From positions 1,015 to 65,014 of the forward strand of contig JABDAT010000001.1 in NCBI GenBank assembly GCA_013288985.1: a DNA stretch of 64,000 nt. Reading direction: 5' to 3'. Positions 48,251 to 57,535 of the stretch are shown here, in pieces. Within the stretch, counting starts at the first letter, position 1; each line of letters opens with the position of its first letter. The notes beneath the pieces were generated by a model. It ran no database searches and had not been told where the DNA came from. It saw only the letters and a list, made by a program, of their open reading frames with translations. The position numbers were made by a program, and so were the translations under genes. Source of the stretch: Alphaproteobacteria bacterium (GTDB taxonomy: Bacteria > Pseudomonadota > Alphaproteobacteria > Rickettsiales > JABCZZ01).

Positions 48251-48925
48251 ATGCGCATTTTGCTTGTCGAAGATGAAAAGAAATTGGCAGATATTGTAGC
48301 CAGAGGGCTAAAGGCCGAAGGCTTTTCCGTGGATATAGCAGCAGATGGTGCGGAGGCTTTAGACCTTGCGACCTCCTATGCTTATGATGCAATCATTCTT
48401 GATATAATGCTGCCAAAACTGAGCGGCACTGAGGTACTGGAGAATATCCGGCAAAAGAACAAACAGATTCCTATCTTGATGCTGACTGCAAAAGATGCGG
48501 TAGCAGATAAGGTAAAACATTTAAGTGCAGGGGCGGATGATTATTTAACTAAGCCATTCGCCTTTTCGGAATTATTGGTGCGGGTGCGTGCATTGTTGCG
48601 TCGTGCGCCCATGCAGCGCGCAGATGTAGTGAATGTCGTCGATCTTGAGATTGACCGCTTAAACCGTCAGGTTAAACGTGCAGGTAAGCGTATTGAGTTG
48701 AGTGTAAAGGAATATGCACTCTTGGAATATCTGATGCTCAATGCAGGCCGTGTATTATCTCGCAACATGATTATCGAGCATGTATGGGATCAGAGCTTCG
48801 AAGGGCTTACCAATATTGTCGATGTGTATATCCGTCAATTGCGTGCCAAAATTGATGATGAACACGACATCAAATTAATTAGAACTGTGCGTGGCGCTGG
48901 GTATGTCTTAAATAATGAGGCGTAG
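48251..48925 (+). CDS. OmpR-family response regulator (heavy-metal CusR/CopR-like)
   Basis: MRILLVEDEKKL..DIMLPKLSG..LTKPFAFSELLVRVRALLRR and the winged helix IRTVRGAGYVL. Confidence 0.88.
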   Translation: MRILLVEDEKKLADIVARGLKAEGFSVDIAADGAEALDLATSYAYDAIILDIMLPKLSGTEVLENIRQKNKQIPILMLTAKDAVADKVKHLSAGADDYLTKPFAFSELLVRVRALLRRAPMQRADVVNVVDLEIDRLNRQVKRAGKRIELSVKEYALLEYLMLNAGRVLSRNMIIEHVWDQSFEGLTNIVDVYIRQLRAKIDDEHDIKLIRTVRGAGYVLNNEA

Positions 48926-48927
48926 CC

Positions 48928-50334
48928 ATGAATACACGCTCACTCTATTTCCGCCTTATTTTATGGTATAGCGCACTGGTTATACTCGTATCGCTGGCAT
49001 TTGGAGCGTATACCTACCATGGTGTACAAAGCCGTCTCTATAGTGAGCTTGAGCAAACCTTCACTCGCCGCGCACATCAGATCGCTGATAATATTCTTGT
49101 CCATGTTCATGAAAAATCTCCCGCTGAAATAGCTAGTCAGATTCGCTCTGTTTACTCGCCTGCTGCCAATAATCGCTTTATTCGTATCTTAAAAAGCGAT
49201 CATTCCATTCTGTATGTTTCTATGAAACCTAAGGACGGTTTGTTTGATCCATCTGCCATTGCCATCCCTGAGTCATTTGATGCGGCAAATAAGATCGAAA
49301 TGCTTCCTGGCAATATCTCAATGTTGATTGTGAATGTGCCTGTGACAGAAGCAGGAGAATTATTTCTGATTGAAATGGGAGCACCCACAGATGAGTTTGA
49401 AAAGACACTTCATGGATTGGTTGTAACCTTGCTGAGTGGCTTGCCCTTTATGATTCTTATTGTCTCGGCGGGAGGTTATCTCTTGGTACGCCGTTCTCTG
49501 AAGCCGGTAGAGAATATTCGTGCTACTGCCGAGCAGATCACGTTTGGTAACTTAAGCAATCGTCTGCCTGTGGTTGCTACCGGTGATGCATTGGAACATC
49601 TCTCCGTAACGCTGAATCAGATGCTTGCGCGTCTGGAAGATGCTTACCAGCAAGTCAGCCGGTTTTCTGCCGATGCTTCGCATGAACTGCGCACACCACT
49701 CACTATTATGCGTGGCGAGTTGGAATCTATGACCCAACGAGAATCAGGATTGCCAGAATCATTGCGGGAGCGGATTGGCAGTGTGTTAGAGGAAACCGAG
49801 CGATTGTCCCATATTACTGAGAGCCTGTTTACTATTTCCCGTCTTGACGCAGGAGAAGCAAAGGCAGAGCTTATCACATTTGATCTTGCTGATTTGGTAA
49901 AAACCACCACAGAGCAAATGTCGCTTCTGGTAGAAGAAAAATCTATTGTTCTTACAGTAAATGCACAGCAGCACATACTAGTTAAAGGTGATCCCGCGAG
50001 GCTCAAGCAGGTGGTAGTCAATCTGCTTGATAATGCCATCAAATATACGCCTGATAATGGTAGGATAGCTATTTCCGTATCTAGTACCGAACATAAAGCA
50101 GTGCTGTCCTTTATTGATAATGGCATCGGTATTCCTGTTGATGCGTTACCTCACATATTCGAGCGGTTTTATCGCGCCGACAAAGTGCGCTCACGCGAGC
50201 AGGGAGGAGCCGGTCTTGGGCTTTCCATTGTGCGGGCTATTTGTCAGGCACATGGCGGTACTGTTGAAATCGAAAGCACGGAAAATAAAGGCACGGTTTG
50301 CCGCGTCATCCTGCCTCTGGCAGAGGAGGTGTAG
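48928..50334 (+). CDS. sensor histidine kinase (heavy-metal CusS-like architecture)
   Basis: Two TM helices flank a periplasmic loop, followed by a HAMP domain. The H-box is FSADASHELRTPLT, the N-box is NLLDNAIKYT, and DNGIGIP and GGAGLGLSIV are present. Confidence 0.88.
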   Translation: MNTRSLYFRLILWYSALVILVSLAFGAYTYHGVQSRLYSELEQTFTRRAHQIADNILVHVHEKSPAEIASQIRSVYSPAANNRFIRILKSDHSILYVSMKPKDGLFDPSAIAIPESFDAANKIEMLPGNISMLIVNVPVTEAGELFLIEMGAPTDEFEKTLHGLVVTLLSGLPFMILIVSAGGYLLVRRSLKPVENIRATAEQITFGNLSNRLPVVATGDALEHLSVTLNQMLARLEDAYQQVSRFSADASHELRTPLTIMRGELESMTQRESGLPESLRERIGSVLEETERLSHITESLFTISRLDAGEAKAELITFDLADLVKTTTEQMSLLVEEKSIVLTVNAQQHILVKGDPARLKQVVVNLLDNAIKYTPDNGRIAISVSSTEHKAVLSFIDNGIGIPVDALPHIFERFYRADKVRSREQGGAGLGLSIVRAICQAHGGTVEIESTENKGTVCRVILPLAEEV

Positions 50335-50335
50335 C

Positions 50336-53300
50336 ATGTCAGTTGTCAGCTATGTGCTCAAGCAACCATATACAGTAGTGGCAACACTCATTCTTGTGAG
50401 CATTCTTGGCATTGGTGCCGGTCTGCGCATGCCGGTCGATATTTTTCCCGAAATCAATATTCCGGTGGTGAGTGTCGTCTGGACGTATAACGGCATGAAT
50501 GCCGAGGATATTCAAAACCGTATTCTTACGTTGCATGAACGTCAGATGGCATCCTTAGTGGATGACATCTCTCACATTGAGGCCACCAGTTATAATGGTG
50601 TAGGTGTTGAGAAGGTGTATTTGCATGAAGGGGCAGATGTTACCCGTGCGGTTTCACAGCTGGCAAGCAGTGCACTAGTGGTACTTAAATATATGCCTCC
50701 TGGCATCACTCCGCCGCTTGTGTTGCGTTATGGTGCGACCGATGTCCCTATTATCCAGTTAAGCCTTTCCAGTAATTCCTTACCGGATACCAAGCTCAAT
50801 GATTTGGGGCAGAATATAATCCGGCCCAATCTTGCTGTCGTACATGGTGCAGAAGTACCTTATCCGTATGGTGGTAAGCCACGTGTCATTATGGCGGATA
50901 TTGACCAGCAGGCTTTGCAGTCACGCAGATTGTCGCCGACAGACATTAGCCAGGCTCTGCAGCGCCAGAATGTTATTTTGCCTGCAGGTGATGTCAAAAT
51001 AGGGGCAAAAGATTACACGCTTTCGATGAACAACAGCCCTGATGTTATTGAGTCCATTAATGCATTTCCTATCAAGGAAGTAGACGGGAAAACTGTATTT
51101 ATGCGCGATGTGGCGCATGTACATGACGGGTTTCAGGTGCAGACCAACTCCGTATCAGTCAATGGCACACCTGGCGCATTGATGACCATTCGCAAAACCG
51201 GAGGCGTATCAACGCTTGCTGTGATAGATGGCGTTCGTGACGCTTTGCCGGATATTAAGAAAATTCTTCCTGCGAGTGTTTCTATTAAAGCAATTTTTGA
51301 TCAATCATTGTTCGTCAAAGCAGCCCTCAACAGCGTTATTATGGGAGGCGCTATGGCGGCTGGCTTGACAGCAATGATGATTCTATTGTTCCTCGGTAAT
51401 TGGCGACTTACGCTTATTATTCTTGCTTCAATCCCACTTTCCATCATCACGGCTGTATTGGTGATGTATTGTGGCGGGCAGACGCTTAATACCATGACAC
51501 TTGGCGGTTTTGCGCTGGCAGTTGGCATATTGGTCGACAACGGCACAGTGGTAATTGAAAATATCGAACGCCGTTTGCGTGAGGGAGCTCCACTCGAAGA
51601 TGCCATTATTCATGGTGCAGGTGAAGTAGGCGTACCGACCATGCTTTCTACACTCTGCATCTGTATAGTCTTTGTACCCATTTTTCTACTTGAAGGAACG
51701 GCTAAATATCTTTTTTCTCCGCTATCACTTTCTGTATGTGTTTCGTTGGTGGCAAGTCTTGCACTGTCTTTCACACTGGTGCCTGTTCTCTTTAAATATC
51801 TGATGCGTTCCGTAGTGGAATTACATCATGATTCAGATTGGCTGGCAACAGAGCCTACACAGAAGCATAATATTTTCAGTGCCATTCATCGCCGTTTTGA
51901 ACATGGGTTTGAATCGTTTCGTGAGACCTACCGCCAAACCCTTGGCTGGACATTATCAGAACCTCGCCAGGTGATTTTATTTTTTGTAAGCCTGATGGCA
52001 GTTTCATTACTGTTGTTTCCAGCACTGGGGCGGGACTTCTTTCCGGAAGTGGACGCAGGGCAGATGCGGCTGCATGTGCGCACGCCGCCTGGAACAAGGC
52101 TAGAGCAGACACAAGCGGAATTTGCTAAGGTTGAAAGTTCAATAAGACAAATTGTTGGCAGTAAACAGATCGACGTCATCTTAGATAATATCGGATTGCC
52201 ATACAGTGGTATCAATATTGCTCTAAGCGATTCGGCAACTGTGGGGCCTATGGATGGCGAGATTCTTATTTCGCTTAAAGAGGACCATACGCCGACGGCA
52301 AAGTTAATGGCACAATTGCGACAGGAATTGCCAAAACATTTTGCTGAACTGCAGTTCTTCTTCCAACCTGCCGATATTGTCGATCAGGTGCTGAATTTCG
52401 GCCAAGCCGCACCTATTGATATTCGTATTTCTGGATCTAAGAGCGAGGAAACTTATGCTCTTGCTGAAAAGCTCGTGCATGACCTAAAAGCAGTATCCGG
52501 CATTGTAGATGCCCACGTGTTTCAGGTGCCAAATGCCCCGTCTCTTACTGTGGATATGGATCGCACGCTTGCCACGCAATTTGGCCTCAATCAGCAGGCA
52601 GCGGCAGGCAATGTGTTAGTCTCTACAAATTCTAGTGCTCAGACTTCACCCAACTTCTGGGTCGATCCACGTAATAACGTAAGCTACCCACTTGTGGTGC
52701 AGGCTCCTACGTACCGCATCAATTCGACGCAGGACTTATGGTCCATGCCTGTTACGTCAGGAGATAAGAATAACAAAGAACAGCTTCTCATGAATGTTGC
52801 TGATTTTAACCGCGGTACAGTGCCTATGGTGGTATCGCAGTATAATATTCGTCCTGTGTTCGATGTGAATGCCAATGTACAAGGCCGCGATCTCAATTCC
52901 GTTGCAGCTGATATTGATAACGTCATTAAAGCTGACCAGCCTGATGTCTCACAGGCTATAACTGTTACACTAAGTGGCCAGATTGAAACGATGCGCAACA
53001 GCTATAGCGGATTGTTCTCCGGCATGGCATTTGCGGTAGTGCTGGTTTATTTGTTTCTGGTTATCAATTTCCAAAGCTGGATAGATCCCATTATTGTATT
53101 GCTTGCGGTGCCTTTTGCACTGAGTGGTGTCATGTGGATGCTTTATCTCACACAAACCCATTTGAGTGTGCCTGCACTCATGGGAACGCTGATGTGCATT
53201 GGTCTTACCACTGCCAATAGCATTCTCGTTGTCACTTTTGCCAATCAGCGTATGGACGCAGGCGATGATGCATGGGTAGCTGCTGAAATCGCAGGTTATA

Positions 53301-53542
53301 CACGATTGCGTCCTGTGCTCATGACAGCAGGTGCGATGATTCTTGGCATGATACCAATGGCATTGGGTATAGGCGAAGGCGGAGAACAGAATGCACCACT
53401 AGCACGTGCTGTCATTGGCGGACTTTTATTTGCGACATTTGCAACCTTGGTATTTGTACCGGTCATGTATCGGCTGCTGAAACGCCAACCGCAACAATCT
53501 TTTGATATTTCGCCTCAAGGAGAACAGCAATGGACGCATTAG
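50336..53542 (+). CDS. RND efflux transporter permease (AcrB/HAE-type)
   Basis: About 1068 aa from the ATG at 50336 (MSVVSYVLKQPYTVVATLIL..). It shows a 12-TM RND pattern with two large periplasmic loops. The track start at 50114 overlaps the kinase and is rejected. Confidence 0.92.
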   Translation: MSVVSYVLKQPYTVVATLILVSILGIGAGLRMPVDIFPEINIPVVSVVWTYNGMNAEDIQNRILTLHERQMASLVDDISHIEATSYNGVGVEKVYLHEGADVTRAVSQLASSALVVLKYMPPGITPPLVLRYGATDVPIIQLSLSSNSLPDTKLNDLGQNIIRPNLAVVHGAEVPYPYGGKPRVIMADIDQQALQSRRLSPTDISQALQRQNVILPAGDVKIGAKDYTLSMNNSPDVIESINAFPIKEVDGKTVFMRDVAHVHDGFQVQTNSVSVNGTPGALMTIRKTGGVSTLAVIDGVRDALPDIKKILPASVSIKAIFDQSLFVKAALNSVIMGGAMAAGLTAMMILLFLGNWRLTLIILASIPLSIITAVLVMYCGGQTLNTMTLGGFALAVGILVDNGTVVIENIERRLREGAPLEDAIIHGAGEVGVPTMLSTLCICIVFVPIFLLEGTAKYLFSPLSLSVCVSLVASLALSFTLVPVLFKYLMRSVVELHHDSDWLATEPTQKHNIFSAIHRRFEHGFESFRETYRQTLGWTLSEPRQVILFFVSLMAVSLLLFPALGRDFFPEVDAGQMRLHVRTPPGTRLEQTQAEFAKVESSIRQIVGSKQIDVILDNIGLPYSGINIALSDSATVGPMDGEILISLKEDHTPTAKLMAQLRQELPKHFAELQFFFQPADIVDQVLNFGQAAPIDIRISGSKSEETYALAEKLVHDLKAVSGIVDAHVFQVPNAPSLTVDMDRTLATQFGLNQQAAAGNVLVSTNSSAQTSPNFWVDPRNNVSYPLVVQAPTYRINSTQDLWSMPVTSGDKNNKEQLLMNVADFNRGTVPMVVSQYNIRPVFDVNANVQGRDLNSVAADIDNVIKADQPDVSQAITVTLSGQIETMRNSYSGLFSGMAFAVVLVYLFLVINFQSWIDPIIVLLAVPFALSGVMWMLYLTQTHLSVPALMGTLMCIGLTTANSILVVTFANQRMDAGDDAWVAAEIAGYTRLRPVLMTAGAMILGMIPMALGIGEGGEQNAPLARAVIGGLLFATFATLVFVPVMYRLLKRQPQQSFDISPQGEQQWTH

Positions 53543-54714
53543 GAAGAAAGATACGCCGCTTTGCTGCAAGTGTTGCTGCTGTGCTGGTTGTGGGCTTTAT
53601 TATCGTGCACTTTGTAAAATCATCGCATGAAAACGGCTTGGCAGATGATACTCAGAAATCATCATCTGATTCGCCTCTGGTTGATGTTATTACTGTAAGT
53701 AAGGCACCGGCAATGCTTGCACTTAAACTGCCTGGTGAGACCGCATCCTGGTATGAAAGTATTATATATGCACGTGTGGATGGTTATGTTGCCAAATGGA
53801 TGGCGGATATTGGTGACCACGTTAAAAAAGGCCAGGTGCTTGCCACGATTGAAACCCCTGATCTGGATGCGCAGTTAAATGCGGCTGAGGCCAAGCTTAA
53901 AGCAGGTGAAGCATTAGTAAAAGCACGTGAAGCTGAGACTGAATTTGCCAAAACCACCTATGACCGATGGAAAGACGCGCCCAAAGGTGTGGTATCGGAA
54001 CAGGAACGAGAAGCCAAGAAAGCTGGTTATAATAGTGCAGTAGCTGGTTTAAATGAAGCCAAAGCTCAAGTAGCACTCAATAAGGCAGATGTTGATCGCT
54101 ACACTGTGTTGACCCAGTTCAAACAGGTTACCGCTCCTTATGATGGCAGAATTACCGAGCGGCGGATTGATATTGGTAATTTAGTGACCTCAGGCAGTGC
54201 AGTTAGCACTACACCGCTCTATCGCATGTCCAAAAATAACCCCATACGTGTGTTTGTCGATGTACCGCAAAGCGTCGCAAGTGAAATAGTTGTTGGTAGT
54301 ACAGCTGACATCACAGCCAATAATATCGCAAACCGGGTTTTTGAAGGAAAGGTTGCCCGCACTGCGGAGGCTATTAATCCGCAGTCCAGAACATTGCGAG
54401 TTGAACTGGATGTTCCTAATACCGACAAGGTACTGCTGCCGGGATTATATGTGGACGTTAATTTCAAGATTGCATCTAAAGGATTAGTGCAAATTCCAGC
54501 CGCAGCTCTGGTGTTTAAGTCAGAAGGGCCACAAGTCGCTCTCGTGGATAAGGACAAGCACGTAACCTTTCATAAAGTAACTATTGCCCGTGATGATGGC
54601 AGTACGATTGAAATAGGATCAGGCATCTCTGCCGGAGATACAGTGGCGCTCAATATAAGCAGCCAGATTGCTGACGGTGAAAAGGTGGAGATCAATGCAC
54701 CAGACACCAAATAG
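53530..54714 (+). CDS. RND efflux periplasmic adaptor (membrane fusion protein)
   Basis: 394 aa with an N-terminal anchor, a lipoyl/coiled-coil hairpin (LDAQLNAAEAKLKAGEALVKAREAE...) and a beta-barrel C-terminus. It overlaps the RND stop by 13 nt. Confidence 0.88.
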   Translation: MDALGRKIRRFAASVAAVLVVGFIIVHFVKSSHENGLADDTQKSSSDSPLVDVITVSKAPAMLALKLPGETASWYESIIYARVDGYVAKWMADIGDHVKKGQVLATIETPDLDAQLNAAEAKLKAGEALVKAREAETEFAKTTYDRWKDAPKGVVSEQEREAKKAGYNSAVAGLNEAKAQVALNKADVDRYTVLTQFKQVTAPYDGRITERRIDIGNLVTSGSAVSTTPLYRMSKNNPIRVFVDVPQSVASEIVVGSTADITANNIANRVFEGKVARTAEAINPQSRTLRVELDVPNTDKVLLPGLYVDVNFKIASKGLVQIPAAALVFKSEGPQVALVDKDKHVTFHKVTIARDDGSTIEIGSGISAGDTVALNISSQIADGEKVEINAPDTK

Positions 54715-56200
54715 AATATGGGTATTCGGTGTTTTATTCTGCCTTGCTTTAAGCAGTTGTAAGGTAGGACCGAATTATCATACGCCGGAAACAAAACTGC
54801 CCGACAATTTTATTGCTGTATCCGGTGATAAAACTACTCCTGTTGTTGATGCTGCACAGTGGTGGAAGGCATTTGGTGATGATACGCTGAGTGGGTTGGT
54901 TGATCATGCCATAAAAGCAAACCCTGATCTGGACATCGCCTTGACCCGTCTACAGCAAGCACGAGAGCAGGAAGCGGTGGTGTTGGGCGAACAACTTCCA
55001 GAAGTAGAAGCCAGCGGAGGCGGAGCAAATGGAACCGGAAGCGATCTGGCACGCGGGCGTGCTGCCCAGACCCTGGTTTCCGGCGAAAATACCCAAAAAC
55101 TTACGCATGTTAATCAGATTTACGGCTTTGATGCTGGTTGGGAATTGGATCTGTTCGGCAAATACCGTCGTGAAGCAGAAGCAGCACATTATGACACGGA
55201 AGCAAAAACAGCAGCACGCAATAACGTGCTCATTATCATCATCGCCGATGTGGTGCGTGCATATACGGATATGCGCAGCCTGCAAATGCAGCAAAACGTA
55301 CTGAGCCAGAATATTGAAACGGCAAAGCAATATGCTGACGTTGTTCAGCAACGCTATGATCGTGGTATTACTAATGGGCTTGATTTGACATTGGCTCAGA
55401 GACAACTTGCGACGCTTAAAGCACAAAGTGCGCCCCTAGGCGCACAGATAAATGCATCACAATATACGATTGCTGTATTATGCGGAGAGTTTCCTGAAAA
55501 TATGGTAAAGGAACTCACAAAGCCTGGCCCAGTTCCGCATGTACCGGAAAAACTGCAAACAGGGGTGCCACTTGATTTATTGCGTAGCAGACCCGATATA
55601 CATGAGGCTGAGCGCGAGCTCGCAGGTGCGACAGCGCGGGTAGGCGTTGCCACTGCCAACCTATTCCCACATTTCTCGCTTACAGGAGGTGTTGGCTATC
55701 AGAACCAGGGATTTGGTCTTTCACCCGTAGCAAATAGCTTTATATGGTCACTCGGCCCCTCTGTAAGTATGCCTTTGCTCGATTTCGGTACGCTCGATGC
55801 TGAGGTTAATATTGCTGATCTTAATACCCATGCGATGCTAATCAACTATAAGCAAAAGATTCTGAATGCTGTTGAAGAAGTGGATACAGCCACGAGCGCC
55901 TACGCTGCACAGCAGGATCGTCTAAAGAATCTTACGCAAGCATTGGATGCAAGCCAGCAAGCAGTAAGTCTTGCATCACAACGTTATGATCGTGGGCTTA
56001 CTGACTCATTGAATGTGATTGATGCACAACGCCAGCAATATGATCTAGAACAGCAATATGTCGTTGCTGAACAGACTGCAGCCGAGCAATTTATTACGCT
56101 GTATAAGGCACTAGGTAGTGGCTGGGAGCAATACCAGTCGATTCCGACTATCCGTCAGCCGCAGCCCGCAATTATTGCAGCATTGTTGCATACGTTTTAA
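54695..56200 (+). CDS. efflux outer-membrane factor lipoprotein (NodT family)
   Basis: Lipobox FCLALSSC with the VGPNY motif straight after the Cys, and two TolC-like repeats (RPDI..AE). Confidence 0.88.
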   Translation: MHQTPNRIWVFGVLFCLALSSCKVGPNYHTPETKLPDNFIAVSGDKTTPVVDAAQWWKAFGDDTLSGLVDHAIKANPDLDIALTRLQQAREQEAVVLGEQLPEVEASGGGANGTGSDLARGRAAQTLVSGENTQKLTHVNQIYGFDAGWELDLFGKYRREAEAAHYDTEAKTAARNNVLIIIIADVVRAYTDMRSLQMQQNVLSQNIETAKQYADVVQQRYDRGITNGLDLTLAQRQLATLKAQSAPLGAQINASQYTIAVLCGEFPENMVKELTKPGPVPHVPEKLQTGVPLDLLRSRPDIHEAERELAGATARVGVATANLFPHFSLTGGVGYQNQGFGLSPVANSFIWSLGPSVSMPLLDFGTLDAEVNIADLNTHAMLINYKQKILNAVEEVDTATSAYAAQQDRLKNLTQALDASQQAVSLASQRYDRGLTDSLNVIDAQRQQYDLEQQYVVAEQTAAEQFITLYKALGSGWEQYQSIPTIRQPQPAIIAALLHTF

Positions 56201-56363
56201 GTATATCTATACTTACACGACACTGATTATTTGAATCTTATGAAACCTGCTTTGCCGCAGCCACCCTTGCCAATCGAACCTCATCTCACAGGAATAGGGG
56301 TAGATTTCGGGGTAGATATATTCTTCACACCATCAAGTTATTTTATTAATCAATAATTTAATC

Positions 56364-56385
56364 ACTTTTTGTGGATGCTGGCACC
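56364..56385 (+). repeat. right copy of the 22-nt direct repeat bracketing the TCS-RND module
   Basis: See 48015..48036. The copies are 8349 bp apart in the same orientation. Confidence 0.7.
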
Positions 56386-56387
56386 GA

Positions 56388-56654
56388 TTGTGTTACAGAT
56401 GTGGAAGAGTTTTTGAGATAATCTTAGTGGGGGCCACATTGAAACGAAAGTCCAAGATTAAATCCCACAGTAGGGAACAGCAGCTGAAGCTAGCCGAGGG
56501 AAAGAAGCCCCCCGCCAATTCTGACCTTGAGCGCTATCGCCATCATCTCGATAAGTTTGACCTGACCGATGAGCAAAAGCTTAAACTGGTAGGTGCTCTC
56601 GAGCACATTGTGGAGTGCCTTCTTAATAAGAAGTATGGCTTGGAACCCGAATAG
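56388..56654 (+). CDS. small hypothetical protein (island-end type); start codon uncertain
   Basis: The frame has no ATG. Candidate starts are GTG at 56427 or TTG at 56439 (MKRKSKIKSH...). The C-terminal LTDEQKLKLVGALEHIVECLLNKKYGLEP looks protein-like. It ends 9 nt before the tRNA-Gln 3' end. Confidence 0.45.
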   Translation: MCYRCGRVFEIILVGATLKRKSKIKSHSREQQLKLAEGKKPPANSDLERYRHHLDKFDLTDEQKLKLVGALEHIVECLLNKKYGLEPE

Positions 56655-56663
56655 AGAGAAGCA

Positions 56664-56738
56664 TGGCTGGGGTGCCAGGGATCGAACCTGGGAATGGCGG
56701 AATCAAAATCCGCTGCCTTACCGCTTGGCTACACCCCA
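56664..56738 (-). tRNA. tRNA-Gln (TTG)
   Basis: The reverse complement is TGGGGTGTAGCCAAGCGGTAAGGCAGCGGATTTTGATTCCGCCATTCCCAGGTTCGATCCCTGGCACCCCAGCCA. It is 75 nt and closely resembles E. coli tRNA-Gln. Confidence 0.92.
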
Positions 56739-57052
56739 ATAGACCGAGAAATACAAGCCATCTTTAAGGCAGCTCTATTGGTTGGTCGCGAATAGAAATG
56801 CAGAGAGCAACTTTTGTCAATGATTCTTTGTATTTATTAACCATTTTACCTTATATCTCGGTGCCTTCCTCAGCTGTTTCTTATACTAAGATTCTTCTCA
56901 GAGTCGACAATCACTAAAGGTGATGCTCTTCATAAAATTGATCATCGAACTTGATTAAAATTTCGCTATATCAGATAACTATATGTATAGTTCGATTCCA
57001 CAATTCAATTTTGACCAGCTAACCTATTGAGCGTGCAAAAGCGATTTTATTG

Positions 57053-57072
57053 CCGGGTATTTTTCTGGGTAT
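57053..57072 (+). repeat. orphan pair of 12-bp-phased C(C/T)GGGTAT repeats
   Basis: CCGGGTAT at 57053 and CTGGGTAT at 57065. The motif and spacing match the operator in front of int (32307/32319), but no recombinase gene is nearby. Confidence 0.5.
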
Positions 57073-57271
57073 CTAGAATTCTCGAACTCGTGATTACACA
57101 TTTTAATCAAAATGTTACAGCGCAAGTTCGACAGGCCCCCCGTCCAGAACTTTATATCATAGCCCATTCTTCAAATGTTTCATAAGGCATAGAATAAAAT
57201 TCTCAGCCTCTTTATCGGTAACTGTTAATACCTTCGCTAAGGGCCGTGGAAAGGAGGTTGCTGATATGAAT

Positions 57272-57535
57272 TTATCTTACATGCCTGCGCAGCGTGTAGA
57301 TTAAACTGTTGCGCAACTGTTGTTGAAAATTGGAAATGACAGTAATTGGAAAATCATTTTCCTTGATTTCCTTTATTCTGTCTTCGATAGCAGTATTTAA
57401 TTCATCTAACTCACCTTCCACTGCACGCACGAGATTGAGATGATTTTTGATAATAGTAAGTTTTTTTTGATCAAGCGGTTTGTCGCAAAGCTCTAAAAAA
57501 CCCATTAGCCACCATTGCACTTCTCTATTTTTCAT
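57272..57535 (-). CDS. small hypothetical protein, paralog-like to the upstream gene
   Basis: MKNREVQWWLMGFLELCDKPLDQKKLTIIKNHLNLV resembles FCYWLQGAIEIGGLNSIDMEQAKLIHKRLSLV in the neighbour. The internal ATG at 57535 is preferred. Confidence 0.5.
   Translation of the reverse strand: MKNREVQWWLMGFLELCDKPLDQKKLTIIKNHLNLVRAVEGELDELNTAIEDRIKEIKENDFPITVISNFQQQLRNSLIYTLRRHVR

Noticed and set aside
50114-50335. Upstream 74-codon extension of the RND pump ORF given in the track
   Set aside because: The extension lies entirely inside the histidine-kinase coding region in another frame. The canonical RND N-terminus (MSVVSYVLKQPYTVV..) begins at the ATG at 50336, right after the kinase stop.
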